A stretch of 64,000 nucleotides of DNA from a virus (taxonomy: Duplodnaviria > Caudoviricetes): positions 128,001 to 192,000 of the IMG/VR virus record IMGVR_UViG_3300001487_000119; one strand, written 5' to 3'. The notes under the pieces are model-generated. The model was given only the letters and a program-made list of their open reading frames with translations, was not told where the DNA came from and did not search any database. A program made the position numbers and the translations under genes. This document shows, piece by piece, positions 22,422-32,453 of the stretch (within the stretch, counting starts at the first letter, position 1; every line of letters starts with the position of its first letter).

Positions 22422-23159
22422 TTATAAATTTATTACAGGACGAATATAAAAACCAGCATATTTATAACTAGAATGTATGTCAAATGAATATGGTTCTCTA
22501 AATAAATTAAATGTTAATGAATGTGCACCCTTTTTAAATTGTGTTTCTTCATTTCTTGACCAAAAACCTCCAAAAAATCCTTGATAAGTACCGCCATTAA
22601 AACCGCATGCAGGTAAAAATAATTTATTACCATTTATTTTACTAGTTAATTCTAAACCATTTAACCCATTAATATTATTATAATTTTTAACAGGTTTATT
22701 TTCTGTATATTTTAATAATTCTTCAAACTATTCTTTAGTAGGCATATGGAAATAAAAATTAGCATAATGATGCATATTCTAATAAGCTGCATCATATTCA
22801 GGAGTTAATTCTGATAATTTAAGATTAATTTTGTATGTCCCCTCTTTAAATACATTTTGTGTTTTGATTTTACCCCAAGCATATGGTTTTCCATACCAGT
22901 CTTCCGGAATAGAATTATTTGGATTTTTATTTAATTTTTTATATTTTGTTCCTAAATTATATTTACACCATAGAGTTCCTGATGGAAGTCCCAAATCAAC
23001 AACTTCCTGCATTAAATCAACATATTCTTTCATTCCACCCTGATATTTAACTTTACTATTAAATTGTCCTTGAAGTTCATTATCTTCAAAATCATCTAAT
23101 GCAAATTTAATACCTCTATTAACAGCTTCTATTAGTTTATTATTCAAATTATATTTCAT
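22422..23159 (-). CDS. Leader + FISUMP/DUF1566-like protein, paralogue 4 (TAG-recoded)
   Basis: VDLGLPSGTLW, YAWG, FLPACG, FWS, GFYIRPV. Confidence 0.75.
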
Positions 23160-23160
23160 A

Positions 23161-23174
23161 TCAATATATTTATT
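23161..23174 (-). promoter_or_regulatory. Late promoter element AATAAATATATTGA
   Basis: Identical 14-mer also at 36472-36485 (+), 48248-48261 (+) and 61925-61938 (-); ATAAATA core resembles the T4 late TATAAATA box. Confidence 0.65.
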
Positions 23175-23180
23175 TTAATT

Positions 23181-23208
23181 AAACTAATTAAGAATTTTTG
23201 AATAAAAT
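23181..23208 (+). promoter_or_regulatory. Putative middle promoter AAACT-N17-TAAAAT
   Basis: Motif upstream of the aGPT-Pplase1/topoisomerase operon. Confidence 0.6.
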
Positions 23209-23238
23209 ATTAAAATAAAAATATATTAAAGTTATATT

Positions 23239-24306
23239 ATGAATTTTGAAAATGAATCATGGTCGCAATATCTGCCTGATAAATCATTAGAAGTTTGTCA
23301 AGATAATTTAAATGAATTTTATCAGACAATGTTGGAACGTCAATTAATTTGGAAGAGACGTTTTATTGATAAAAAAGAACGTCCATGGACAACGGATGAA
23401 TTTTTTAGAGATAGAAAATTCACTAATGTTTACCGTGTTCTTGACAAAAATTCAATGTGGGAAGTTGAAAATATTTTATTAGATGACACACTTGAATTAA
23501 AGAATTTGATTTGGAAACTTATGTTTTTCAGATTATTTAATAATCCGCCGACATTTACATATATTCCTGAAGCGAATAATAACAGTTTTTCTTTATTCGG
23601 CGATGAAGATGAAGAATCTGAATTTACTTCAGCTAAATGGAAAAACGGAATTCCTGATTATGATGAATATAATGCGGATGAATATCTTGCATATTTGAAA
23701 CATCTGCGTTCTGTCGGAATTAATCCGTTTACTTCAGCATATCTTATATCGTCTGTTGGTGATCGTGACACACATTTTTGTAAAACAGTTTTACCGGATT
23801 TTCATAATAGAATAGATGAAATGATTGAATTTTGCCAAAAAGCTAAATCTGCAGAAGAAATTTTCAAATATCTTAAAACATTTACGAATGTTGCAGATTT
23901 TATGGCATTTCAATTATTTAATGATTTAACATATGTTGATAAATTTACAAAATACCATTTAATGAATGTTAATGAAAATTCAGCGACAACTATTGGTCCT
24001 GGTTCTGATTTAGGTTTACGTTTAATATTTCCAAGTACCACAACTAATGAAGAAAAGTTAAATAAACTTGCAGAACTTCGTGATACTGCAGCTGATTGGT
24101 TTAACAAAAATGCATATGAACCATTTCCGTATTTGCATTTTAATAAAGAAACAAAACAATTTTATGTTTCTGATGAACCAAGTATTACATTAGGTGAGAT
24201 TGAACAATGGCTATGTGAATATGCAAAATATTTTAAAATGAAAATCGGTGAAGGAAAACAAAGAAATCATTTTGAACCAGTGACAACTGGATTTAAAACA
24301 GTATAA
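23239..24306 (+). CDS. alpha-glutamyl/putrescinyl thymine pyrophosphorylase clade 1 family (DNA base hypermodification)
   Basis: ERQxIW, PWTxD, KFTNVYR, FRLFN, FMAFQ, GPGSxxGL, IEQWLCEYAKY. Confidence 0.8.
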   Translation: MNFENESWSQYLPDKSLEVCQDNLNEFYQTMLERQLIWKRRFIDKKERPWTTDEFFRDRKFTNVYRVLDKNSMWEVENILLDDTLELKNLIWKLMFFRLFNNPPTFTYIPEANNNSFSLFGDEDEESEFTSAKWKNGIPDYDEYNADEYLAYLKHLRSVGINPFTSAYLISSVGDRDTHFCKTVLPDFHNRIDEMIEFCQKAKSAEEIFKYLKTFTNVADFMAFQLFNDLTYVDKFTKYHLMNVNENSATTIGPGSDLGLRLIFPSTTTNEEKLNKLAELRDTAADWFNKNAYEPFPYLHFNKETKQFYVSDEPSITLGEIEQWLCEYAKYFKMKIGEGKQRNHFEPVTTGFKTV

Positions 24307-24315
24307 TTGTAATAT

Positions 24316-26226
24316 ATGAAAGAAAAAACTAAAAGTATAGAAGAAAAGTATCAACAGGTTTCCGAGCTTGACCACATAATTTTGAGATCTGGCATGTATA
24401 TTGGTTCAGTTCGTGAAGAATTAAAAACTATGTTTGTATATGATATAGATGATGCTAAAATGATAATGTCTGAAATGTCATATACACCAGGTTTATTAAA
24501 ACTTATTGATGAGATTATTTCCAATATTGCAGATGAATATCGTCGTAAAGACAATATGGGATTAACTAAAGCTGAGATTGAATTTACACGATCTGGACAT
24601 TTTAGAATTAAAGACAATGGTGGAATCCCAGTAGTTAAACACAAAACGGCTGGAATGTATGTTCCAGAATTTATTTTCGGAACTCTTCGTTCAGGAGCGA
24701 ATTATGATGATACTGAAGAACGTGATGGTATTGGAACAAATGGAATTGGTTCAAAGATAGTCGTGATTTTTTCTAAATATTTTTCAGTATATACTGCAGA
24801 TAAAAAGAAATCATTATTTTGTTCATGGCAAGATAATATGAAAATAAAAAATAATGATTTAAAAGTTCAACCATCATGTGATCACTTTACTGAGTTTCAA
24901 TTTGATATTGATTGGAGTAGATTTGAAGATGTTAATGAAGTAACAGATAATTTTGCAACTATTATTGAAAAACGAATTATTGATTTATGTGCTGCAAATC
25001 CAGGATTATCTGCTAAATATATTTTTAAAGATGATAATGGAATAATTAGAAAATCTGAATGGAGTTTTAAATCATTTGAAGAATATATAGAACTTTATTC
25101 AGATTATATTGATCAAGAAAATTGTATATCATTTAAAGATAAACAAAAACAAGTTTGGGTATATCCAGATGGCGGATTAAATATTGGTTTTGTTAATGGC
25201 GCTGAATGTTCTAAAGGAACTCATATCAAAGCTATTAGAGATGAAATTAATAAAGCAATTGCTACACAAATATTACAGAAAAATAAATTAGATGTTGGCC
25301 CTCGTAATGTTGATAACAAATATACAATGTTCTGTATATATCACATTGCAAATCCGGCCTTTAATTCCCAAACTAAAGAGGAACTTACTACGCCAATTGA
25401 GAGATTCTCAATGGATCCAGATTATAAATTTTCTATTCCTGATAAATTTATAAAAGAATGTTGCAAATCCGAAATAGTTAATATTGTTATTGATTGGTAT
25501 AAACAAAAAGTAGAGGTTGAAGATCAAAAAACTTTACGCAAATTAAATAAGCAAGCAAAAACAAAGATTCGTAATTCTGATAAATTTATTGATGCAAATA
25601 CGAAAGTTCGCAAAGACCGAGAATTATGGATATTTGAAGGAGATTCTGCACGAGCTGGATTTAGATCATCACGGAATCCGCAAACACAAGCTGCGTATAT
25701 GCTTAGAGGAAAAATTCTGAATGTTATTGGATTAGGCCCGACTAAAGTTATGGCAAATCAAGAACTTAGTGATTTAATAACTATTATCGGTTTACAATGG
25801 GGTGAAAAAAATAAACCGGATGATTTGAATTTTGGAAAGATTGTAATATGCACTGATGCAGATGCTGATGGACATGCGATCGCAGGTTTATTAATAAATT
25901 TCTTGAATTTGTTTCCAGAATTATTTGAAAATGGAATGGTTTGCAGAAGCATTTCACCGATTATAACAGCAGAAAAGGGAAATGATTTGAAAAAATTCTA
26001 TAATTTAAGTGATTATAAAAAAGAAGAGTCAAAACTTAAAGGATATAAAATAACATATTTGAAAGGTTTAGGTACTCAAACCAACAAATTATATAAAGAC
26101 ATGATGCAGAATCCTATATTTCACTATTTTACTAAAGATGATATAGCAGATCTGAGTTTAAGATCATGGTTTGGTAAAGGTAATGCTTCTGAAAGAAAAT
26201 CAATGTTAAAAGACGATGTCGAATAA
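24316..26226 (+). CDS. Type II DNA topoisomerase ATPase/TOPRIM subunit (T4 gp39+60-like)
   Basis: EIISNIAD, DNGGIP, GTNGIG, EGDSA, LRGKILN, DADADG, KGLG. Confidence 0.93.
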   Translation: MKEKTKSIEEKYQQVSELDHIILRSGMYIGSVREELKTMFVYDIDDAKMIMSEMSYTPGLLKLIDEIISNIADEYRRKDNMGLTKAEIEFTRSGHFRIKDNGGIPVVKHKTAGMYVPEFIFGTLRSGANYDDTEERDGIGTNGIGSKIVVIFSKYFSVYTADKKKSLFCSWQDNMKIKNNDLKVQPSCDHFTEFQFDIDWSRFEDVNEVTDNFATIIEKRIIDLCAANPGLSAKYIFKDDNGIIRKSEWSFKSFEEYIELYSDYIDQENCISFKDKQKQVWVYPDGGLNIGFVNGAECSKGTHIKAIRDEINKAIATQILQKNKLDVGPRNVDNKYTMFCIYHIANPAFNSQTKEELTTPIERFSMDPDYKFSIPDKFIKECCKSEIVNIVIDWYKQKVEVEDQKTLRKLNKQAKTKIRNSDKFIDANTKVRKDRELWIFEGDSARAGFRSSRNPQTQAAYMLRGKILNVIGLGPTKVMANQELSDLITIIGLQWGEKNKPDDLNFGKIVICTDADADGHAIAGLLINFLNLFPELFENGMVCRSISPIITAEKGNDLKKFYNLSDYKKEESKLKGYKITYLKGLGTQTNKLYKDMMQNPIFHYFTKDDIADLSLRSWFGKGNASERKSMLKDDVE

Positions 26227-26251
26227 ATAATAAAATTTATTATTTAATATT

Positions 26252-26830
26252 ATGTTATTATATGATAAAATTATAAAAGCTATTAATAAAAGCGTATATA
26301 ATGCATTAAATGAATATAATTATGCAAATGCAGATCATGGACATGCAGGAAATGTTAATAACACATTAACTTTGGTGGATGCTATAAATAAAAAATACCC
26401 AGCTCATAAAGCTAGTAGGCTAACACCGGAATATCGAAAAACAACAGGGGAACATTGTAATTTAAAATTAAGAAGGGATGATGGTGTTTTAAGACGTGTA
26501 TGGGTATAGCAACGTAAACCGACTAATAAATCTGGAAATATACAAGTTATTTTACAAAAATATGGTGAAGATGATATATCAATGCTAGAACGTCCAGATA
26601 TAGATGAATTTTGTTTTGTTTGCATACCTAATCAAGGAGAAACTAATAATATTGATAATACAAAGGCGTGTTTTTTCGATAAAGACTATATTATAGATGC
26701 GATTAATAGTAATAAATTTAAAAATGATATTAAACTTAAACCTACTAGAGATGGTTTAACATTAACAGTTTCTGAACGATGGGCTAAACAATATGCAAAA
26801 GAAATTATTAAATACAAATACATAAAATAA
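26252..26830 (+). CDS. Leader-bearing protein, possibly a degenerate PD-(D/E)XK fold (TAG-recoded)
   Basis: ORFs 26252-26509 and 26582-26830 join across one TAG; N-terminus LYDKIIKAINKSVYNALNE; ATAAATA upstream. Confidence 0.65.
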
Positions 26831-26842
26831 AAGAGAGTCGTT

Positions 26843-26869
26843 AAACTCTCTTTTATTTTTACATATAAT
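26843..26869 (+). promoter_or_regulatory. Putative middle promoter AAACT-N16-TATAAT, overlapping a terminator hairpin
   Basis: Motif upstream of thyX; overlaps AAAGAGAGT...ACTCTCTTT. Confidence 0.55.
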
Positions 26870-26892
26870 ATAAAAATTTAACATTGAAAATA

Positions 26893-27843
26893 ATGAAATT
26901 AATTCAACCAAGTTTTGAAATATTAGATCAAGAATCAGGATTAAAAGGAGTTTATAAAGCAATAGAATATCCTGGCAGAATTTGTTATGGATCTACTGAT
27001 AAAATGACAGAAGATTCAGCAGAACCATTTGTTCATAAATTGGAAAAAGCTAATCACGGTGCACCGATGGAACATGGTGCGGTATATTTGCATATTACTA
27101 GAAATGTAGATATGGATGAGTGGTTAAGTCCTAGTTCAGAATACCGCAAATATGATGAATTGTTAAAATTTTATTCAAATAATAGGTATTCTAAAGTTAA
27201 AGAAATTTTATGTATTAATTTAAAAGATCATTTATATATTTCAACAAATTATAGAGTTTTATTTGAAAACAATAGATTAGAAGACTTGAAATATCTATGC
27301 GAACCAACAAAATATCATCAAAAACGAATAACTGTCAAATTTATTTGTAATATTGGTGTATCACGAGAATTTAATAGGCATCGTGCAGATTCTATTAATG
27401 AAGAATCAACAAGATACTGCAATTATTCTAAAGACAAATACGGAAATGAAATAAATGTTATTACCAACAATAATAAATTTGGTAATAGAATAGAAGAATT
27501 AGAAAAGAAAAACAGAGCAGAAGATATTAAAGCATATTGTTTACAAATACTTAAGGGAGAAGATTCTGAATTTTCTGATATTGATTATTGGTTATTTGCT
27601 AATATGGCATCAGAATATTCATATATGGGGTTGACACAGAAGTGCGGGTGGCTTGCACAAGATGCAAGAGATATATTGCCAATTGATACCAAAACAATAT
27701 TGATCCATAGTGCGTTTATTGATGATTGGAAGCATTTCTTTTCATTACGGGCTATTGGAACAACAGGAGCACCACATCCACAAGCAAAAGAATTGGCGAT
27801 GCCTTTAATGGAAGAATTTAAAAAACTAAAATTAATTGATTAA
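26893..27843 (+). CDS. thyX: FAD-dependent thymidylate synthase
   Basis: GRICY, HGAPMEH, SREFNRHR...EESTRY, QDARDILP, AHP-like C-terminus. Confidence 0.9.
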   Translation: MKLIQPSFEILDQESGLKGVYKAIEYPGRICYGSTDKMTEDSAEPFVHKLEKANHGAPMEHGAVYLHITRNVDMDEWLSPSSEYRKYDELLKFYSNNRYSKVKEILCINLKDHLYISTNYRVLFENNRLEDLKYLCEPTKYHQKRITVKFICNIGVSREFNRHRADSINEESTRYCNYSKDKYGNEINVITNNNKFGNRIEELEKKNRAEDIKAYCLQILKGEDSEFSDIDYWLFANMASEYSYMGLTQKCGWLAQDARDILPIDTKTILIHSAFIDDWKHFFSLRAIGTTGAPHPQAKELAMPLMEEFKKLKLID

Positions 27844-27849
27844 AAACAT

Positions 27850-28149
27850 ATGGAAAAAATTAATGTAAATAATTATCCACAATATAGAATTGATAACGAA
27901 TATGAAACATGGCGAACTGATAAACAATATTGGATTGAAAAATATAATGAAATTATAAATGCGTTTAAATTTAGATGTGCAGATGATAAAGCACTGGCAG
28001 ATTTAAGATATAAATTGCATAAATGGCAAGCATATGTAAATACGATATTTGATATTCATAATTGTGATGTTATTACTATGTCATTCGATCTTAATGATAA
28101 TACACTAAATATCCATATGAATGAAGAACTTCAAAAATTATTTGATTAA
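27850..28149 (+). CDS. Hypothetical protein
   Basis: 99-aa ORF in a tightly packed operon. Confidence 0.65.
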   Translation: MEKINVNNYPQYRIDNEYETWRTDKQYWIEKYNEIINAFKFRCADDKALADLRYKLHKWQAYVNTIFDIHNCDVITMSFDLNDNTLNIHMNEELQKLFD

Positions 28150-28151
28150 TT

Positions 28152-28613
28152 ATGAAAATTTTAGATCAATATGAGTATCATAAGTTTCTTAAAATAAAGA
28201 GAAAATATTATAAAAGACATTGTGTAAAAAGAATAGATCATTTTAATGGTAAGCAATTTGTTTCTTATTGGGAAAAAGATGATTGGATTGGTTATATAGT
28301 GCCTTCTTTTTTAGCGTATTCAACTGATAAACGTATTTCAAAAGAAATTAAATTATTAATTGGAGAAGATGATTACAATGAAACATTAGAAAGGGTAAAA
28401 TTCTTATATAATACCGGTTTTTCTGAAAAAATAAAATTTCATGTAAAAAATTATCAAAATATTACAAGAGAAATTAATGGATATTTTGCTGGAGTTATAA
28501 TAACAAATCGAGATGCATATTATTTAGTAAATACTGAAAAATATTCTAAAGATATAAAAGACTATGCTTTAATTCCGATGTTTTGGCATGCTGAAAAAAT
28601 AAATGAAAATTAA
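28152..28613 (+). CDS. Hypothetical protein
   Basis: 153-aa ORF in operon. Confidence 0.65.
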   Translation: MKILDQYEYHKFLKIKRKYYKRHCVKRIDHFNGKQFVSYWEKDDWIGYIVPSFLAYSTDKRISKEIKLLIGEDDYNETLERVKFLYNTGFSEKIKFHVKNYQNITREINGYFAGVIITNRDAYYLVNTEKYSKDIKDYALIPMFWHAEKINEN

Positions 28614-28944
28614 TATGAAACCAGAATTTAAAAGAAACTATAATTTTTCAACGGATTATGAAAAGTTATTTGATTTATTGACACAAGGATATGCAATAGT
28701 TTGTTATGTTACATGGGTTTTTAGTCATTATGATAATGGTGAACTAATGATGGCAACCGATGTGTGTGAAGCAAAATATTTTGACGAAGGTCCAAAATAC
28801 ACAAGATATCAAGTGAGTTGCAGAGGAACAGAATTTTTTAGTGCGGTAATATATCAAGAAAAACTATATAATAAAACTATAAAAGAGATTTTTATAGAAA
28901 ATTGTAAAGATTATGAATTAAAATTTATAGAACCAAAATTATGA
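28603..28944 (+). CDS. Hypothetical protein
   Basis: 113-aa ORF overlapping its neighbours. Confidence 0.65.
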   Translation: MKINMKPEFKRNYNFSTDYEKLFDLLTQGYAIVCYVTWVFSHYDNGELMMATDVCEAKYFDEGPKYTRYQVSCRGTEFFSAVIYQEKLYNKTIKEIFIENCKDYELKFIEPKL

Positions 28945-29339
28945 GTATAAAAATGACAACAGTGCTTTATAAAGCAGGAACCACATTATATGATGGAAAT
29001 ACAATAATAGACTCATCTTTAATGAAACAAATGGTTGATGATTTTAATGAACACTATAAAAATGATCAGTTTAATCATTATCACTATGGAACATTTAGCG
29101 GCAAATCATTTCCAGTTATTAACATTGAAGATATAACACATAAAATTAATAATGTTTATATTAAAGATGATTGCATTATGGCAGATATTAATATTTTAGA
29201 TACTCCTAAAGGGAAATTTGTTCAAAAATTATTAGAATATGATAATGTAAAGCCATCATTAGATTTAATTAAGCATGATGGAAAAATCGATATTCATTCT
29301 GTAAGTTTAAATGTAAATAACAAAAATTATGAAAAATGA
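28941..29339 (+). CDS. Degenerate T4 gp21-like prohead protease homologue
   Basis: INIEDITHKI...ADINILDTPKGKFVQKLL resembles gp21-family INLxxVSHxI...KILDTPxGxIxxxLL; no GxSSRG motif. Confidence 0.5.
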   Translation: MSIKMTTVLYKAGTTLYDGNTIIDSSLMKQMVDDFNEHYKNDQFNHYHYGTFSGKSFPVINIEDITHKINNVYIKDDCIMADINILDTPKGKFVQKLLEYDNVKPSLDLIKHDGKIDIHSVSLNVNNKNYEK

Positions 29340-29634
29340 AATTGAAAAATATAAAAGAATATTTAAAGATGAATTCAATAAATTTGTTTGTAATAAAACC
29401 ATAAGCGATTTTAAGTTGAATTTTGATAATGATGTAGATGAAAATGGTATGTTAACAGTAGATGTGCAAATTAGTTTAAATTCGCCTGTAAGACATTATA
29501 CAATAAATAAATCTGATTTTCCTGAAATGACACATGAAGAATTCATTAAAATGTGTAATGATATAAAAGATGAAATTATTAATAATATTCAAAATGAATT
29601 AGAAAAAGAATATGAGAAAGAAGAAACTTTATGA
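29329..29634 (+). CDS. Hypothetical protein
   Basis: 101-aa ORF in operon. Confidence 0.6.
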   Translation: MKNEIEKYKRIFKDEFNKFVCNKTISDFKLNFDNDVDENGMLTVDVQISLNSPVRHYTINKSDFPEMTHEEFIKMCNDIKDEIINNIQNELEKEYEKEETL

Positions 29635-29911
29635 TAAACAACAATATAAAGATCAAATTTGGAAAATTTATGATGATGATTCTGAAGAATTAATTTGGGA
29701 AAATTCTTGGCGAGATACATATTGGTATGAAGATAATAATCCAGATTCTGAATATAATAAAATGATGGAACTTGAACAGGAAACAGACTTTTTTCATAAA
29801 TGGGAAGAATTAGATTGGTGGTTTGAACATAGAACGATTCAAAGAGACATATATGGTGAAGAAAGATTTATTAAATATAGATCTTTATTAGATGAATTTA
29901 TAAACACATAA
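29612..29911 (+). CDS. Hypothetical Trp-rich acidic protein
   Basis: 99-aa ORF in operon. Confidence 0.6.
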   Translation: MRKKKLYDKQQYKDQIWKIYDDDSEELIWENSWRDTYWYEDNNPDSEYNKMMELEQETDFFHKWEELDWWFEHRTIQRDIYGEERFIKYRSLLDEFINT

Positions 29912-29975
29912 GAGGAATACAAACAATTCCTCCTTTTTATTATAAAATATTTGATAAAATATATTTAGATATAAT

Positions 29976-31391
29976 ATGCCTATTAAAAGAAAATTAAATA
30001 ATTTAGATGCGAGTTATAAAGTAAATACAGGAAATAAAATAACTAGAACTATTACAGATTTTTTGAATACTGAATATCGAGAGTTTTCAAATTACGTTAT
30101 CGAGACTAGGGCTTTGCCCGCATTGGACGGTCTCAAGGTCGGCGCTCGCAAAGCATTATATTCTGCATTTACCGGAGGATTAAAAGATGGTTCTGAAAAG
30201 AAAATGTTGAACCTCATTGGTGATGTTTATAATAAAACTTTATTTGCTCACGGTGATGCTGGTCTTTTGTCTAGTATTCATACTCTTGGTTCTGAATATT
30301 CTGACAATTTGAATCCGCTTGAAATAGTTGGCCAACATGGAAATCTTAGAGATAATTCTAAAGCAGCCGCACGTTATCTTTATTGCAAGTTGTCTAAATA
30401 TGCAAAATTGATTTATAAAGTTGATGAAGATTTATTAGAATATGTTTTTGATGAAGGCGAATTTCTAGAGCCGACCCATTATTTGCCAATTATTCCACTT
30501 AATTTAACTTCTAGGAATGAAGGAATTGCGCCTGGTTATAAGTTTTCATCATTCTCATATAATCCTATAGATATTATAGATGCGTGTTCAGAGGTGATTA
30601 AAAATGGCCAAATAAAGACAACCATCAGACCGTATGTCAGAGGAATCAAGCAAGATAATTTCAGATATGATAAAGAATCAGGGCGTTGGTATAATGTCGG
30701 TGAATGGACAATTGATGAAAAGAATGATATTCTTAGAATAACAGATCTTCCATATGATGTGACATTTGATAAATTTGAAAAGAAACTCAATTCATATATT
30801 GAAACGGGTTATATTAAAGATTGGAAGAACTTTTCTCAGGATGACAAATTAGACTATAGGATATTATTCAATAAATCTAAATTAGCTAGAGAAGCCCAGC
30901 CTGACAAAAAGGAACAAATGTTAAAGAAGTTTATGCTTCAAACAAATATTCCCAATGATTTACTATATGTTCTAGATGAGAATAAAAAAGTTAAGCATTT
31001 CTTAACTAAAGAAGATTTGTTAATATACTTTGTTAATTTGCGTCTTCAGAAGTATAATGATAGAAAAGATAGATTAGTTAGTGTAAAAGAAAAACAATTA
31101 GAGGATAATACTAATCTTTGTAAATTTATTGAATTAGTCACTTCTGGTAAACTGAAAATCAATAACAGAAAAATTGCAGATGTGAAAAAAGAAATGGATG
31201 AATACAAACTTCCGCATACTTTATTAGCAGTTCAGATTAGCAAATTAACTCAAGAAGAAAAAGAAGAAATTCTCAAAAAGAATAAAGAGATAGAACAAGA
31301 ACTTGAATATATTAAGAATACTACAATAGAACAAATGTATCTTGATGATTTAAAGAATTTAAGAAAAGAATTATTAAAAGATTTTCAATGA
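29976..31391 (+). CDS. Type II DNA topoisomerase cleavage subunit (T4 gp52-like)
   Basis: RALPALDGLK, HGD, AAARY (catalytic Tyr), EP.HYLPIIP. Confidence 0.93.
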   Translation: MPIKRKLNNLDASYKVNTGNKITRTITDFLNTEYREFSNYVIETRALPALDGLKVGARKALYSAFTGGLKDGSEKKMLNLIGDVYNKTLFAHGDAGLLSSIHTLGSEYSDNLNPLEIVGQHGNLRDNSKAAARYLYCKLSKYAKLIYKVDEDLLEYVFDEGEFLEPTHYLPIIPLNLTSRNEGIAPGYKFSSFSYNPIDIIDACSEVIKNGQIKTTIRPYVRGIKQDNFRYDKESGRWYNVGEWTIDEKNDILRITDLPYDVTFDKFEKKLNSYIETGYIKDWKNFSQDDKLDYRILFNKSKLAREAQPDKKEQMLKKFMLQTNIPNDLLYVLDENKKVKHFLTKEDLLIYFVNLRLQKYNDRKDRLVSVKEKQLEDNTNLCKFIELVTSGKLKINNRKIADVKKEMDEYKLPHTLLAVQISKLTQEEKEEILKKNKEIEQELEYIKNTTIEQMYLDDLKNLRKELLKDFQ

Positions 31392-31510
31392 AAAAGAAGA
31401 AATTATCAAAAGGCGAAAAATGGAAAATCTGTGAAACCTGCGGTGATTATGAATATTGTGCAGGAAATTATGGAACAGATAAATGCACTGGATATATTCC
31501 TGGAAATAAT
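31388..31510 (+). CDS. Small Cys4 protein (40 aa)
   Basis: MKKEELSKGEKWKICETCGDYEYC...C; ATGA overlap with the upstream stop; fills the gap exactly. Confidence 0.5.
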
Positions 31511-31542
31511 ATATGGGATTAACAAAAATAATTTTTGTAATT

Positions 31543-32418
31543 ATGACAAAACAAATATTTGAAGAATTATCAATATCAGACGAAATAAAATCAGAAGCTG
31601 AAAATTTAGCAAAAGTTATATTAATGGATTCTAAAATAAAAGCAGAAATTATTAAAAAGAATGGATTTGATAATGTATTAAAAAATGAATTTATTATTAA
31701 ATTATTTGGTGTTAATTATAATATAATTTATTACATATATAGCATTAATAATATTTCAGAGTTTGATATTAAATTATTTAAAAATCTTATATCAATAATA
31801 AAAAATAATGAAAATGAAATAATATTAAATCTTTTATTTGTTTCTAATAATCCAGATAATGAATATTTTTATAGTTCAATTTATCATGAATTAACTCATG
31901 TATATCAATATATTAAATCTAAAAATAATGTTTTAAAAAATGCAAAAACAAAAAATTTGTATAACTTTATTAAAGATATTAAAAATAATAGTCAATCCGA
32001 ATTAGATATATTATTTACAAATGCCATATATGCATGTTTTGATTTTGAACAAGATGCTTTACTTCATGAAACATATTGCGAATATATGAAATCTTATCAA
32101 ATATATCAACTTAATTTTGATATAAAAGATTCTAATGCATATAGATTTATAGAAGACCTAAGAAATGCAATTGATAATATAGATAAATTAGATGAAAAAG
32201 TATTTAAAAATTCACAAGATTTTTATTTAATTTTATTCACTAAAAAACTTAAAAGATTTGAAACTAAATTTGGAAAGCTTATAACAAAAATCAAAAAAGA
32301 TTTTTATGAAAATCATTTAAATGAGGGATTGCTGCCTGGAAATTTTAGAGCAATTTCATTAATAATAAAAGATGACAGTGATGAAATTAAGAAATATGTG
32401 GATGATGAAATATTTTGA
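31543..32418 (+). CDS. HExxH metallopeptidase-like protein
   Basis: IYHELTHVYQ with a downstream FEQDA; start may be 31513. Confidence 0.55.
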   Translation: MTKQIFEELSISDEIKSEAENLAKVILMDSKIKAEIIKKNGFDNVLKNEFIIKLFGVNYNIIYYIYSINNISEFDIKLFKNLISIIKNNENEIILNLLFVSNNPDNEYFYSSIYHELTHVYQYIKSKNNVLKNAKTKNLYNFIKDIKNNSQSELDILFTNAIYACFDFEQDALLHETYCEYMKSYQIYQLNFDIKDSNAYRFIEDLRNAIDNIDKLDEKVFKNSQDFYLILFTKKLKRFETKFGKLITKIKKDFYENHLNEGLLPGNFRAISLIIKDDSDEIKKYVDDEIF

Positions 32419-32453
32419 AAAAAGGTTCTCTTAATTGAGAACCTTTAATTTGT

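Noticed and set aside
19793-23159. Diversity-generating retroelement acting on the lectin-fold genes
   Set aside because: No reverse transcriptase or template repeat seen in the window, and paralogue differences are not adenine-specific. A distant DGR cannot be excluded.
26226-29976. Intron or intein splitting topoisomerase II
   Set aside because: The two parts are the normal separate subunits, each with its own start and stop; the intervening genes are ordinary.
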